DNA from: TPA_inf: Saccharomyces
Lineage: Eukaryota
Assembly: GCA_000146045.2 (NCBI GenBank)
Contig: BK006947.3
Location: 32,001-96,000 of the forward strand
Length of the DNA stretch: 64,000 nt
Reading direction: 5' to 3'
How positions within the stretch are numbered: position 1 is the stretch's first letter; each line of letters opens with the position of its first letter. The translations under genes and the position numbers were made by a program. Below are positions 20,662 to 33,350 of the stretch, in pieces. The notes below the pieces were generated by a model, which had not been told where the DNA came from, searched no databases, and saw only the letters and a program-made list of their open reading frames with translations.

Positions 20662-21924
20662 ATGTCTCAACCCCAGATGTCCCCTGAAAAAGAGCAAGAA
20701 TTGGCCTCCAAGATTTTGCATAGAGCTGAGTTGGCTCAGATGACGCGTCAATTAAAGCTTGGTTTAAGTAATGTCCCATCAACAAAACGAAAACAGGACT
20801 CTACAACAAAGAAAAGAAGCGGAGAGGATGCCGAAGATGTTGATGAGGACCACAAAACTCTTTTGGAAGCCATATCGCCTGCGAAAAAGCCTCTCCACGA
20901 TGATACAAATAAAATGACTGTTATATCGCCCGTAAAATTTGTAGAGAAGCCAAATACTCCCCCAAGTTCACGCCAACGAAAAGCCGAAGACCGCTCACAG
21001 CAGATCAAGCCTAGGAAGGAGGACACTCCATCTACTCCGAGGGCTTCTGCTACACCTATAATCTTACCACACGCTTCGTCACACTACCAGCGCCCCCATG
21101 ATAAGAATTTCATGACGCCAAAACGTAATAATAACAACAGCAGTAACCATAGCAATAACAATAATAATATCAAGAAGAAGGCAGCAGGCTCTAAGGATGC
21201 TCCACAGGACAGCGACAACACTGCGGGCGCTGATCTCTTAATGTATTTAGCCACAAGTCCATATAATAAGTCATCACATCATGGAACACCGATGGCCGTA
21301 AGGATGCCCACTACTCCACGCTCTTATCATTACGCGTCGCAATTGAGTTTGAACGGTAATACAGCAAGCACATCAAACGATGCAGTAAGATTCTCTCATA
21401 TCAAACCTTCAGCGTCTTCTCCGCAGTCCACTTTCAAATCTAATCTGTTACCGAATTTTCCGGACGAATCTCTCATGGATTCTCCATCACTATACTTGAG
21501 CAATAATAACGGTAGTGTCCAGGCGACACTATCGCCACAGCAGAGAAGAAAGCCCACCACAAACACATTGCATCCACCTAGTAACGTACCTACCACGCCT
21601 TCAAGAGAATTGAACGGTACCAATTTTAACTTACTCAGGACGCCCAACTTCAACATGGGAGACTATCTGCATAATCTTTTCAGCCCTTCACCAAGGGTCC
21701 CCGCCCAGCAGGGAGCGTCAAACACGTCAGCTTCAATTCCTTCTGTTCCAGCGATGGTGCCCGGATCATCTTCCAACACTTCTGCGATAGCAACAGCTGC
21801 TATATCAAGCCACACCACAAACAATTTTCTAGATATGAACGCAAACGGGATCCCGCTCATTGTAGGACCCGGCACCGACCGTATAGGCGAAGGGGAGTCC
21901 ATTGATGACAAACTCACTGATTGA
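20662..21924 (+). CDS. STB1: Sin3-binding protein / G1-S transcription co-regulator, 420 aa
   Basis: ATG at 20662 (MSQPQMSPEKEQ). S/T/P/N-rich low-complexity protein. In-frame upstream ATGs at 20545 and 20569 are noted in the findings. Confidence 0.85.
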   Translation: MSQPQMSPEKEQELASKILHRAELAQMTRQLKLGLSNVPSTKRKQDSTTKKRSGEDAEDVDEDHKTLLEAISPAKKPLHDDTNKMTVISPVKFVEKPNTPPSSRQRKAEDRSQQIKPRKEDTPSTPRASATPIILPHASSHYQRPHDKNFMTPKRNNNNSSNHSNNNNNIKKKAAGSKDAPQDSDNTAGADLLMYLATSPYNKSSHHGTPMAVRMPTTPRSYHYASQLSLNGNTASTSNDAVRFSHIKPSASSPQSTFKSNLLPNFPDESLMDSPSLYLSNNNGSVQATLSPQQRRKPTTNTLHPPSNVPTTPSRELNGTNFNLLRTPNFNMGDYLHNLFSPSPRVPAQQGASNTSASIPSVPAMVPGSSSNTSAIATAAISSHTTNNFLDMNANGIPLIVGPGTDRIGEGESIDDKLTD

Positions 21925-22121
21925 TCGTTGACGGCCATATCAGTTGATGATTCCATACTTCCTGAAATGGACCACTCAAAGGGACAAAAATGACAAATGT
22001 TGAAATTATAAAATTACATATTAATACGTAAAATGACATTCTTTTTTAGGGAAATTCGGAGATAGATTATCACTATGTAAGCTTATGTATCGTAATATAC
22101 AGGGCCGATATTTCACCTAGT

Positions 22122-23897
22122 TTACTTTTTCTGGTGGCCTTTATGTTTATGACTGTGCCCCCTCTTGTGTTTGCTTTTAGAGGCTTTCTCTACAGGTATC
22201 AGTATGGTGTCCTCATCCTTCTCCCCTGCCTCTGCTTCGACTGGAGCTAACCCATTTTCGTTCTTAAAAGTTTTCTTCCTCCACTCTCTTAATCTTCTTG
22301 CCTTCATCACTTTCCTTTTATCCTTCGCTCTTAGTTCCTTGGAACGATAAGGTGCAAATTTCTTCAAACCAATAAATTCATTTAAATCAGTATCATCGGC
22401 GGCGAAAATCTCTCTTGCGGTCAAACCGAAACTCTCAGGAGAAACTTCACGGTAACGAAACTTCAAATCTTGCTCCTCTTTTGTACGGCTTCTACTCTTT
22501 CTTTCTTCTTCTTCTTTTTCAACCTCCTCTATTAGTGCTAGTTTGTTTTGTTCCAAAGCATTTTCCACTAATTCATTTACCTTTCTCTTTTCTTTCTTCT
22601 TTTGCAGTTTCTCTTCTTTCTTGCTCTTCTTTCTTTTTGGACCTTCTTCCTCGTCTTCTTCTTTTTGTTCTTTTTCCACTTCACCTTCTTCTGTTTGGTC
22701 ATCACCATCGGCGTCTGCATAAAAGTCACCCATTATTTCGTCATCCTCGTTCCAGGTAGGCTTTCCCTCTTGTTGATAAAATTCTTCATTAAATAATTCA
22801 GCTACCACGTTATCCCACTCTTCTTCTTTGAAATCGTTCTTCAATAGGGTGTCAGTGATTTTTTTCACCATGTCGGCATTAATTTCAGCACCATATTCCT
22901 TTGTTAGTTGCTCTAAAATGTCAGTCAATTTATTCAATTTTTTAGTCTTCTTTTTCTGAAGAGCTGTCTCCTTCTCTGCTTTTATTTGCTCTTTAATTTT
23001 TCTTTTTTCCTCTCTTTTTCTTCTGCGTGAAGAGTCATCGGATCTTCTTAGTGTAGCTTGACTACGTGCATAAGATATAATTTCAGCTGCGTTTGGGTCC
23101 TCGTACCTAAAATTGTAGGCATTCTCAAATTTTTCTGCAGCATCTTCAAATTCTTCATCGTCCTCTTCATTATTGTTGAGGTCAAGAGAAATCACCTTGT
23201 CCCCCTTCTTAGGAATCCAGGCCTGTTGATTCACAAATTCTTCCAAGAAATTTTCTTCATTTACGGTTGGATCCGGTAAATTTTTTCCTTCCTTCTTCGT
23301 AGAAGGTTCCTTTTTCTTCAAAAACCCATCGTCTTCATCTCCGCTAGACTCTTCATTTTCTTCATCGCTAAAGGCACTCTTGATTTCATTTAAAAGCTGA
23401 GTTTTCTCTTCACGTTGTTGCGAGACGAAAGATTGCTTTCCGTCAACAGTTGCATGTTCGTATTCTTCGTCATCCTCCTTTAAGGCATCACCAGAAAGTA
23501 TGTTCATACGGTGATAATCTTTTAGGTAAATAGGTTTATGCTTCCCCTCACGATTGGCCAGTTTGGCAGCAGCAGATTCGGGATCCTCGAAGAATTTGAC
23601 TTTAGGATCTAGTAGTTTGTCCGTCTTATTGTTTTTGATGGCATCTAGCACTTGATTAATACCGTTTTCCACTTCATCAGTAATCAATTCACCGTAATCA
23701 TCTTCCTCCTCTTCTTCCTCTTCGTCTTCTTCCTCATCTTCACTAGGAACGTACGATTTGCTTGCTTCGATTGCAGGCTTAACTGTCGTCGCAGAGGTTT
23801 CAGAAGTTTTTATGGTAGCAGTATCCGTTGCAGGTACGGCCGCTTCTTTTTTTGCTTGTTCTCTAGCTCTTTTAGCGGCAGACTTTTTTCTTGGCAT
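22122..23897 (-). CDS. KRI1: Nucleolar ribosome-biogenesis protein, 591 aa, highly charged
   Basis: ATG at 23897. Poly-acidic run EDEEEDEEEEEEEDD (coding about 23697-23741) and Lys-rich C-terminal stretches. Length 591 aa. Confidence 0.85.
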   Translation of the reverse strand: MPRKKSAAKRAREQAKKEAAVPATDTATIKTSETSATTVKPAIEASKSYVPSEDEEEDEEEEEEEDDYGELITDEVENGINQVLDAIKNNKTDKLLDPKVKFFEDPESAAAKLANREGKHKPIYLKDYHRMNILSGDALKEDDEEYEHATVDGKQSFVSQQREEKTQLLNEIKSAFSDEENEESSGDEDDGFLKKKEPSTKKEGKNLPDPTVNEENFLEEFVNQQAWIPKKGDKVISLDLNNNEEDDEEFEDAAEKFENAYNFRYEDPNAAEIISYARSQATLRRSDDSSRRRKREEKRKIKEQIKAEKETALQKKKTKKLNKLTDILEQLTKEYGAEINADMVKKITDTLLKNDFKEEEWDNVVAELFNEEFYQQEGKPTWNEDDEIMGDFYADADGDDQTEEGEVEKEQKEEDEEEGPKRKKSKKEEKLQKKKEKRKVNELVENALEQNKLALIEEVEKEEEERKSRSRTKEEQDLKFRYREVSPESFGLTAREIFAADDTDLNEFIGLKKFAPYRSKELRAKDKRKVMKARRLREWRKKTFKNENGLAPVEAEAGEKDEDTILIPVEKASKSKHKRGHSHKHKGHQKK

Positions 23898-23972
23898 TGA
23901 ATTTAGGGTATATCACACTGTTGTTGAAAACTATGAGCATTTTGCTTTCTGAAGAAATGGTTCTGTTAACTA

Positions 23973-24005
23973 GATGAGATGAGATTGATATATTTGAAAA
24001 ATTTT
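23973..24005. promoter_or_regulatory. Ribosome-biogenesis regulon motifs upstream of KRI1: overlapping GATGAGATGAG (PAC-like core, 23973-23983) and AAAAATTTT (RRPE, 23997-24005)
   Basis: Read directly: tagatgagatgagattgatatatttgaaaaattttaacc. Lies 75-110 bp upstream of the KRI1 ATG. Confidence 0.6.
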
Positions 24006-24445
24006 AACCGATGACCTTGCGGCTCCTCCGGGTAATACTTTTTTCTCACATAAATATCAAAAAATAACGACGGTATTTCAATAATACTTTTATATAAGTA
24101 ATGATAACATGCGAGGCAATTTATTACAAGCCACGTAGGCCTAATTAAAATTATAAACTAACACTAAAGTAATAATAATATTTCAGATTAATAAAAGAAC
24201 AGGAAATAGGAAAGAGATAAAAAAAAATTAGGAACATAAAATAAAAAATAAAGAAGAAATTGAAGGAGTGACTGGATAAAAGAAGTGTATGATAATATCA
24301 AATGGAAATTTGAATATATTTTATTCCAAAAAATTTTTTTTCTTTTCCAAGTGAAATATAAACAGCGGATCAAAGGTGAAAAAAATCATAGTATTTTGTT
24401 CATTAAATTTTCCGAGGGGAAAGAGAACAAATTAATAGAAAATTA

Positions 24446-25573
24446 TTATTCAGCAACTTTCGTAGGTTTAATTTTATCAGCAAATTCACCCAGAATTTGT
24501 AACTCAAAATCATTAAAATCAAACAAATTTGGTAGCTTGATTGGTTCAGTGAAACCTCTTGGTAAGAAAGTGTCATCATTCCTTAATTCATTAAAGAACT
24601 GATGGGCAAGGATTCTTCTTGGAGACAGTCTTTGTTGTGGTTCGTAGACCAATATTTTCATCAAAAGATCGATACCATCTGGACCGGAATGGCCAAAATA
24701 CTTCTCAAACCTCTGTTGCGAAGAGCCCGAGAACAGTGGTTTGGAAAATAGAGGGCCATCGTAGGCCGGATTCGAAAAGAAAATGAATCTTTTATCGGGA
24801 GGACCTAACAATTTAGCAATTTCCCTTAGCTGTAGAAGGGGTTCTTGACCTTGAAATATGGCTTTGCCGATAAGCATCTCGCCCATGACACAACCAAGCC
24901 CCCATATATCGATCTGGGTGGTATATTGGGTACAACCAATGATCAATTCAGGCGCTCTATAAAATCTTGAACAGATGTAACTAATTGAAGGCTGGTTATG
25001 TTCCAATTTTTTGGCAGACCCAAAATCGCAGATTTTCAAGACACCGGTTTCCGGGTCTACAAGAACATTGGATGGTTTGATATCACGATGACAAACGCCA
25101 AGACCGTGTAAATAAAGCATCCCGCGGGCAATCTGATAAGTGTATAGCCTGATATGTTTTAATGGCATTTCTAGCTTGTTTGTCACATAACGATTAATCT
25201 CGATTTGTAGAGTTTCTGGTAAGCATTCCATGGCAAGGTGTTGATAAACTTTATTATCTTGCGGGGACAAATGAGTAAAGAAATACTGCAATTTAACGAT
25301 ATTTGGATGGTCGGCAATCCTCAGAATCTGTAATTCCCTGGACTTGTACTCGGTATGAGCAGGGACTTTTTTAATTGCAAAGGGGCCCAACCAGTTTTTC
25401 TTATCCTGGGTTAAATATGCTTGTACAACAGTCCCAAAGGCACCTCTACCGATTTTCCTGTACTCTTTCACCAGCATCCGCCTCGTGTTGTTCGATTTAT
25501 TCGAGGTTACATCGTCTGCAATGAATTCAGATCCCCTTTGCAGAGGAACACCATTCTGCTCTTCCGTAGACAT
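24446..25573 (-). CDS. MCK1: GSK-3 family dual-specificity protein kinase, 375 aa
   Basis: ATG at 25573. Kinase motifs GRGAFGTV, HRDIKPSN and DFG, and the GSK3 activation-loop SYICSRFYRAPE. Confidence 0.9.
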   Translation of the reverse strand: MSTEEQNGVPLQRGSEFIADDVTSNKSNNTRRMLVKEYRKIGRGAFGTVVQAYLTQDKKNWLGPFAIKKVPAHTEYKSRELQILRIADHPNIVKLQYFFTHLSPQDNKVYQHLAMECLPETLQIEINRYVTNKLEMPLKHIRLYTYQIARGMLYLHGLGVCHRDIKPSNVLVDPETGVLKICDFGSAKKLEHNQPSISYICSRFYRAPELIIGCTQYTTQIDIWGLGCVMGEMLIGKAIFQGQEPLLQLREIAKLLGPPDKRFIFFSNPAYDGPLFSKPLFSGSSQQRFEKYFGHSGPDGIDLLMKILVYEPQQRLSPRRILAHQFFNELRNDDTFLPRGFTEPIKLPNLFDFNDFELQILGEFADKIKPTKVAE

Positions 25574-26145
25574 ATGTACTAGAATGTGATGGAGTGGGGG
25601 TTTCGGAAAATAAAAAGAAAATTGAAAGATGAAGCAAAGAACTCTGTAGTCTTGGGCTTAACTCCTATCAATAAACACGTTACGGGCCTGCCCACACTAC
25701 TAACACGACACAATGGCACTCACTTGCGAAATCTATGTCGTTTTCCCTTGGAGGTTACGCCTGCCCTCTTCCGCATATGAAGGTCGCTTTTTTCAGTGTT
25801 GTTTGTGGGTCACTGAACTGTCATTACATACGAACTGAGTGGAAGCAAGAATGCTGCTTTCGAAAGCCACTACAGCTACGTGTGATCATATAATTCCTGC
25901 ATAATATGGCTGCATGCTTTTTAATGATAGCTTCAATTATGATGATAATCACTGAGCTACTAGTATTCCATTATTCAGCCTAAGATTGGAACTTTCTATA
26001 GCAGCGGAGAGTGTTTGTTTCGTACTTCGTGACTGTTTGGCATAATAACGATGAATTGGGAAAGAGGGAAGACAAAATGAGAGTAAATCAGGTGGAAAGC
26101 AGTGGTTCTTCTGAAAAGAAAAAGTGACAGTGTGAACTGTTATAG

Positions 26146-26808
<663 letters not shown>

Positions 26809-26897
26809 TCAGCTCCCACTATGTATGAATTATAAACTATGTAAAAGAAGAAGAAATATATATATATTCGTGTAAATAATTCGATTTTTCCCTTTTT

Positions 26898-27791
26898 TTA
26901 ATTGTCGTCGTTAGAGTTGGCCAAAATCCTTAAAATAGACAAAAACAAATTGACGATGTCCAGGTAAAGCATCATGGCGCATCTAACTTCTTCATCAGGA
27001 TACACTTTCCTAAAAATCAGTTGCGTATCGATGAAAAGATACGCGGTAAATAAAATGGCACCAAGCCAGCCGTAAAGCAGATTAAACTTGGAAGAGTGGG
27101 TATTCCAGCCGAAAAGCAAGGCCGTGAGACCCATTCCGATCATAATCCATAGACCCCAGTTTAACCAATAGTATATTGACGTTGCGGAATTCAGCACGTT
27201 CTCGAATCTCTCTGATAGTGCGGTCAAGGAAACGCCGACTACGACGATGGTGGTGATCAGCAGAGCCGAAAGTACTGTATCCTTATCGTACGCTAAGGTT
27301 ACCAGCGACAGACAGTAAGCCTCGGAAAGAGTGAAAATGGAGAGCAGCGTGAGCTTTTGCTTGTACGAGGACAAGACGTACCAAGGCAGACGCCTTTGCT
27401 CTTGTGCCGGCTCTTCGCTGCTGCCCGTGAGCAACGGTTCGGGAACACTGGCCTCGTAGTCTTCGGGACGAGGACTTACTGCCAGCCAAATGCACGATAC
27501 TAGCGATACCACCATGCAGATGTAGAAGAGGGCGATATGCGACATGATAAAGTTCTGCAAAGAAGTGGAAACGCTAGCCCAGTAGCAGAACGACAAACTG
27601 GCCAGTAACTGGCATGACAGCAGAGAGTAAACCTTGTGCATAAACCGCTGGCGAATGATGGGTTCGCACGAGATAACCACCGTGGAATATTTAAAGTCTT
27701 CCGGGATGAAAGCGTTTCCATCCTGGCTGCTCGCAGGCTGGCCGTAAAGATGTGAGCTTTGCTCTTCGTAAGGAGGTGGAGGACCTGACAT
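26898..27791 (-). CDS. BXI1: Bax-inhibitor-1 family membrane protein, 297 aa
   Basis: ATG at 27791. Seven predicted TM helices; TMBIM family. Confidence 0.85.
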   Translation of the reverse strand: MSGPPPPYEEQSSHLYGQPASSQDGNAFIPEDFKYSTVVISCEPIIRQRFMHKVYSLLSCQLLASLSFCYWASVSTSLQNFIMSHIALFYICMVVSLVSCIWLAVSPRPEDYEASVPEPLLTGSSEEPAQEQRRLPWYVLSSYKQKLTLLSIFTLSEAYCLSLVTLAYDKDTVLSALLITTIVVVGVSLTALSERFENVLNSATSIYYWLNWGLWIMIGMGLTALLFGWNTHSSKFNLLYGWLGAILFTAYLFIDTQLIFRKVYPDEEVRCAMMLYLDIVNLFLSILRILANSNDDN

Positions 27792-28296
27792 ATTAACTTG
27801 ATTCTATATCCTTTTATTTGCTGTTGCTCTTGAAATATTGTCAAGAGTAAGATGAGTGTTATAGCTGATTCTTTTCTTTATCCCGGAAAGATCCTTATTA
27901 TAGCCTCAAAAGGGGAGCGGCCGGGTACCCTGGTTGCGTTGCCGCCCCAATCTGCCATAGGCCCACCCATAAGAGTTTAGAAATGAATTATTCCTGGGCC
28001 AATGCTGCGATCACGAAAATTATCAACATCTTGATAAATTAATAGCAAGTTGGACTAACTTACAGGTTTTCTCGTGAGGGAAGTGGAAGAGAAAGAAGAA
28101 AGGAGCGTATGCAACTGCCCTTGGCAGCCGCCCATCGTCACTCATGGCCGTTACGCGCCGCGGCCGAAACACGCCAAATGCTATGTACATAACGGAAATG
28201 CTAATACGTAACAATATAATAATATAAAGCTTTCATAAGTCTTGGCACTGGCACTTGCATCAGCATCTCGTATATTAGATACATCATCAAGTCCAT

Positions 28297-29550
28297 ATGT
28301 CCCAGAGAAAGCGATACTCATTGAACGTCGTCACGTCCCCGTCGATACCGTCACCGACACCCAGTGCACCGATACGGACTAACGAATCCAATTGGGAAGC
28401 TGCTTCGCCAGCGAGTGCTGCATCTTCATTTCTCCCGAATGTTCATCATGGTGGCACGGTTTTGAATCCTGGGTTGGGCATAATGAGGTCACCTTCGTTG
28501 AACAAGTCTGGTGCGTTTGGCCGGTCCGGCAGCAGTGGTTCCAGTACAGTAATAGAACCGTCCAACATAAAGTTGCTGCTAATTGGAGATGCAAACGTAG
28601 GGAAGACAGCTATGATTTTGAGCTATTGCCGGGAACTGTTGACACGAGCGGAAATGTCACGATCGGCGCGACTGAGGCACCAGCAGCAGCAACAGCATAA
28701 AGACTTAGGATTGAAGAAAACTGTGGTGAACCATAGATTAAGCATGAAAGAGAAAAGAAAACGGTACAGCTCTAACGATTTTGAAAAGGAGTTCAAAGAT
28801 ATTAATCATTTTGCAGACGAAACAAGCGATTTCGGAAACCCGAACATCGGTGATGATAACAACCACGAAATGGCGGATCCTAATGAGATTGTCATCGAAA
28901 CCAGAAGTACTATCGGAATAGACATCAAGACGAACTTGGTCAACATAGATAACCGGTTTTTTAATGTCATACTGTGGGACACTGCGGGACAAGAACGGTA
29001 CCAAAACGCAATCATTCCATCACTGTACAAGAAGACTAATGCGGTGATATTAACTTACGATATAACAAATGCGAAGTCCTTCCAAAGCTGTATGGAGCGG
29101 TGGATAGTTCAGGCGTTGGAAAACTTTTCTTCCCAGGATTTGTTAAAAGCAAGATTTTTTCTGGTGGGTAACAAGATTGACCTTTATAAGGAAAGGCAGG
29201 TAACCCATTATGATGTGGTGCAAATGGTTCAGGAAATGCAACTGAAACATGGTATTAAAATTTCGGGAAACTTTGAAGTAAGCTGTAAATGGGTCAACGT
29301 GGTGGAGAGAACCATGAATATGATAATACTAGACCTGGTTGAGAACGGATGTTTCGAAAACAATGATCCTTGTGTGTCGATTACAACATCTGACGACGTC
29401 CAGGGACATGAGCAAGAATTCCACGATACAGTAGAAGAGCCTTTCAATTTCACTCGGCAACGTCAACACCAACTTGAAAAAAATAACACAGTGGATATTA
29501 CAAAACCTAATGACGACATTGCAAATAATCAATCAATTTGTTGCGTTTAG
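28297..29550 (+). CDS. YPT11: Rab-family GTPase with a long N-terminal extension and an insert, 417 aa
   Basis: ATG at 28297. G1 GDANVGKT, G3 WDTAGQE, G4 GNKID, and a C-terminal CCV prenylation motif. Confidence 0.9.
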
Positions 29551-29857
29551 TCTTCGACAAATTATACAACAAGATTCGCAGGCAGCCATTGTCCAATACG
29601 CCAATGTCATTATATGTACCAATATAGACGCATTATACAATCCTACAATTTATATCATTGTAAAATTATTTACTACCACTTATTCTTCAATGGTGTTTTT
29701 AATGTTTTGTAGAGGAAAACTTAAAAGTTGTCATTTTTATTCAGATCGCAATCCATGGTTTGACACATTCTATCTTAAAAAAACAAAATCTATTTATTTT
29801 GGTTTCGGCTATATTGATGATGATGAATGTACATATAAAATGGCAAAATTTAAATAA
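29510..29857 (+). CDS. YNL303W: Dubious ORF (115 aa) in the AT-rich convergent intergenic region; probably non-coding
   Basis: ATG at 29510. AT-rich, low-complexity translation. Overlaps the YPT11 3' end. Confidence 0.2.
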
Positions 29858-29957
29858 ATAAATTATTTAAAATCAATTTTGTTTGAGTTAAACGATAATA
29901 CTATAGTATAATGATAATATTAATAAAAATCTTAGCTTTTTATTTTTAACAACTCGC

Positions 29958-30943
29958 TTATTCGTCTTCTTCCAAAGTTTGAGCGGCAATACGATCCAAA
30001 TCTCTTTGACCGTTTTCAGAGATTCTTCTACCACCCTTTGGAGAGATTTCGACAATACCGATTTTTTCCAAAGCTTGCAAGACCTTTCTGTTGATAGAAC
30101 CGGAAGCATCAATGTGCTTGTATGGTCTGACACCTCTGCTCTTGGCACCACCGTACAATTTGTTCAACTTACCAACACCGACTTGCTTTCTCATGTAAAT
30201 GTGTCTAGCAACGGAGGCAGCACGCTTGTAGAACCAACCTTCAGCGTCTTGTGGTGGCATTTCATTACCAGAAGAGGTCTTGACAATGTCAACGTAACCT
30301 GGGACTTCTAATTTACCTTGTCTTTGCAAGAAAGAAGCGTAAGCATTGATGAAATCTTGAGCTGCAACGTCTCTAATTGAAAAAATGCACAATTGAAATG
30401 CTTTTGTTAGTAAAAAGTTTTCTCGTAAAAATAGAATATGGAATGCTCAGTGAAATGTTTATTGAGACAACTTCTTGGTGCGGCAGTATCGTGGTCTCGG
30501 GTTGTTGCTTAAATTAACGGCATAAAAATCGCTTTTCATTGCTTTTGCATTACCACGGTTACAGATTTCCTTCCAACTTAAACGTCTTGGTTCAGGTTCT
30601 CCTATTTCATTAGAAAACATCCCACCTAGTTAAAACCTCCTATCAATCAATTCCAATAAATAAATGATTACCTCTTCGTCTGAGAACTTCATTTTGTATA
30701 GTTGGCTCAAAATATTCTCTCCACAATTACAGCAATTATATCATAATAGTTTAACTCATTCGTTCGGTAAATGCACAGTAAAGATGAACTTCAATTTATC
30801 AGGTAATGGGAAATTCTGCACTAAATCCTTTTTCTCAATCCCATATGTTTTCATCTCGTTGTTTTCCACCTAATATCCATTCATTCTCTAAATACTCATT
30901 CAATGAGTGAAAGTTATACGTACCTAACGGAAACACCTGCCAT
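29958..30943 (-). CDS. RPS19B: 40S ribosomal protein eS19. Spliced: exon1 30924-30943 (ATGGCAGGTGTTTCCGTTAG), intron 30373-30923 (551 nt), exon2 29958-30372; 144 aa
   Basis: Minus-strand exon1 is followed by a GTACGT donor (plus 30918-30923). TACTAAC branch point at plus 30406-30412. TTAG acceptor, then AGACGTTGCAGC.... The joined frame gives MAGVSVRDVAAQDF.... The exon2 translation is the canonical S19e sequence. Confidence 0.9.
30373..30923 (-). other. Spliceosomal intron of RPS19B (551 nt) with a non-consensus GUACGU 5' splice site
   Basis: GTACGT ... TACTAAC ... TAG, read on the minus strand. Confidence 0.85.
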
Positions 30944-31569
30944 CTTTATTATCTTTGGTTCTATACCTTTGTTGTCAATATTCACAAAAATCCCACTTTA
31001 AAATTTCATTAGTCCATTTTAACGATTGTATCTTCACTAATGTTCGCTTATTGAAATGGGCACACCAACCGCGTTACGGGTGGCTCCCAGGGAGCCGTAA
31101 ACTGGAGATCTCAATACAGTAGAAAGAACAGCAATGTGCAAAACCTCACCAAACACCAGGGCTTGTCACTAGAGCTCCGTCCTGCTGGGCTCAAACGCGC
31201 CTAATTTATTCAGGGAGAACGGACGGACGTAGACGCGATTTTTTTGTCAAAGCACAAAAAGCTGACATCAGGAAGAAAATCAATAGTGCACCAAAGGTAT
31301 ATGGTGTGGGTTGCTAAAATGTTCGGATGTAAAGTAGTATTGAAAAAAAATGGGAAAAGTGTGTGAATGATAGTTTGTAGGTTTATGCATAGGGCGGAAT
31401 AGCTGACTTGATACTGAACTGATAGGTTTAGATTATGAAGTTATTATACATGTATATATTGTAGTCAGTCATATGGTATGGAAAAATCCCTCTTTCCCAA
31501 CCTAATATACACTGAAACAAGGAAAAAGGAACAAAGAAGAAAAATTGTAAGGTTTCAAACCATACTAGA

Positions 31570-32580
<1,011 letters not shown>

Positions 32581-33313
32581 CTAATTGATTTTTTCTTTCT
32601 ATTTCCTTTGGTGAAACAGGTAGTTTTGTTCAAAAGAAATCATTCAATGGTTTAAATAAAAGCAAGAAGTATGAAAATTTTTTTATTTTTTCTTCAGAAT
32701 TTTATCATAGTTGTCGTAAAATAACGAGGTCGGGTAACGTGTTTGGTGTACTGAGGTCTTTTTTAAAAGAAGCTCCAGCAAGAAAGAGTTTTGTGTGATG
32801 GCTAATGAAGTGTCAATTGCATTTGGAAAGCAGCCTGATTTCTTGGGCGTGAATATGAAATTCTTCTTTTGTTATTTTATAATATGAAGTATGAATGAAA
32901 ACATAAAGCGCGCTGAGACAACGACTGTTCAATGTAAAATAAAGAAAATCTATCGTTCTCAAGACGTGGTCCCATTTTTTTTTACTTTGAATTTCGTCAG
33001 CAGTGTGACATGGTTAGAATGTAACCCCACATTTGCAAAGAGATTGTTACAGGAGCGTTCTAATTGTCCCGTACTGGTACATTCATAAGTGAAAAGAAAG
33101 CCATATCGGGCGCGCTGGTTTGTGAGCCACAGAAACCGGACAAGGCACTTCTTGAATACTTCCCAAGGAAAGCGCCAAGGTTTACGGTTCTGATGGGAAT
33201 GCAGGGGGGAATCTAGTCTTGAAGTATCCTTATTCCTTAAAAAAAATATTGGACATCCTCTTCGAAATTAACAACGACGCCAAAAACTTGTCTATGTTTT
33301 CAAAACCGCGCGT

Positions 33314-33350
33314 CACGAAAAAGCAGGAAGCACAAAGAAGTGACGCGAAA
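33314..33350. promoter_or_regulatory. SBF/MBF elements about 400 bp upstream of TOS6: CACGAAA (33314-33320) and ACGCGAAA (33343-33350)
   Basis: Read directly: cgcgcgtCACGAAAaagc ... gtgACGCGAAAatg. Confidence 0.7.

Noticed and set aside
22415-23952. Several plus-strand Phe/Leu-rich ORFs (22415-22759, 22602-22796, 23652-23900, 23758-23952) overlapping KRI1
   Set aside because: They are complements of the GAA/AAG-rich KRI1 coding strand. Low-complexity artefacts.
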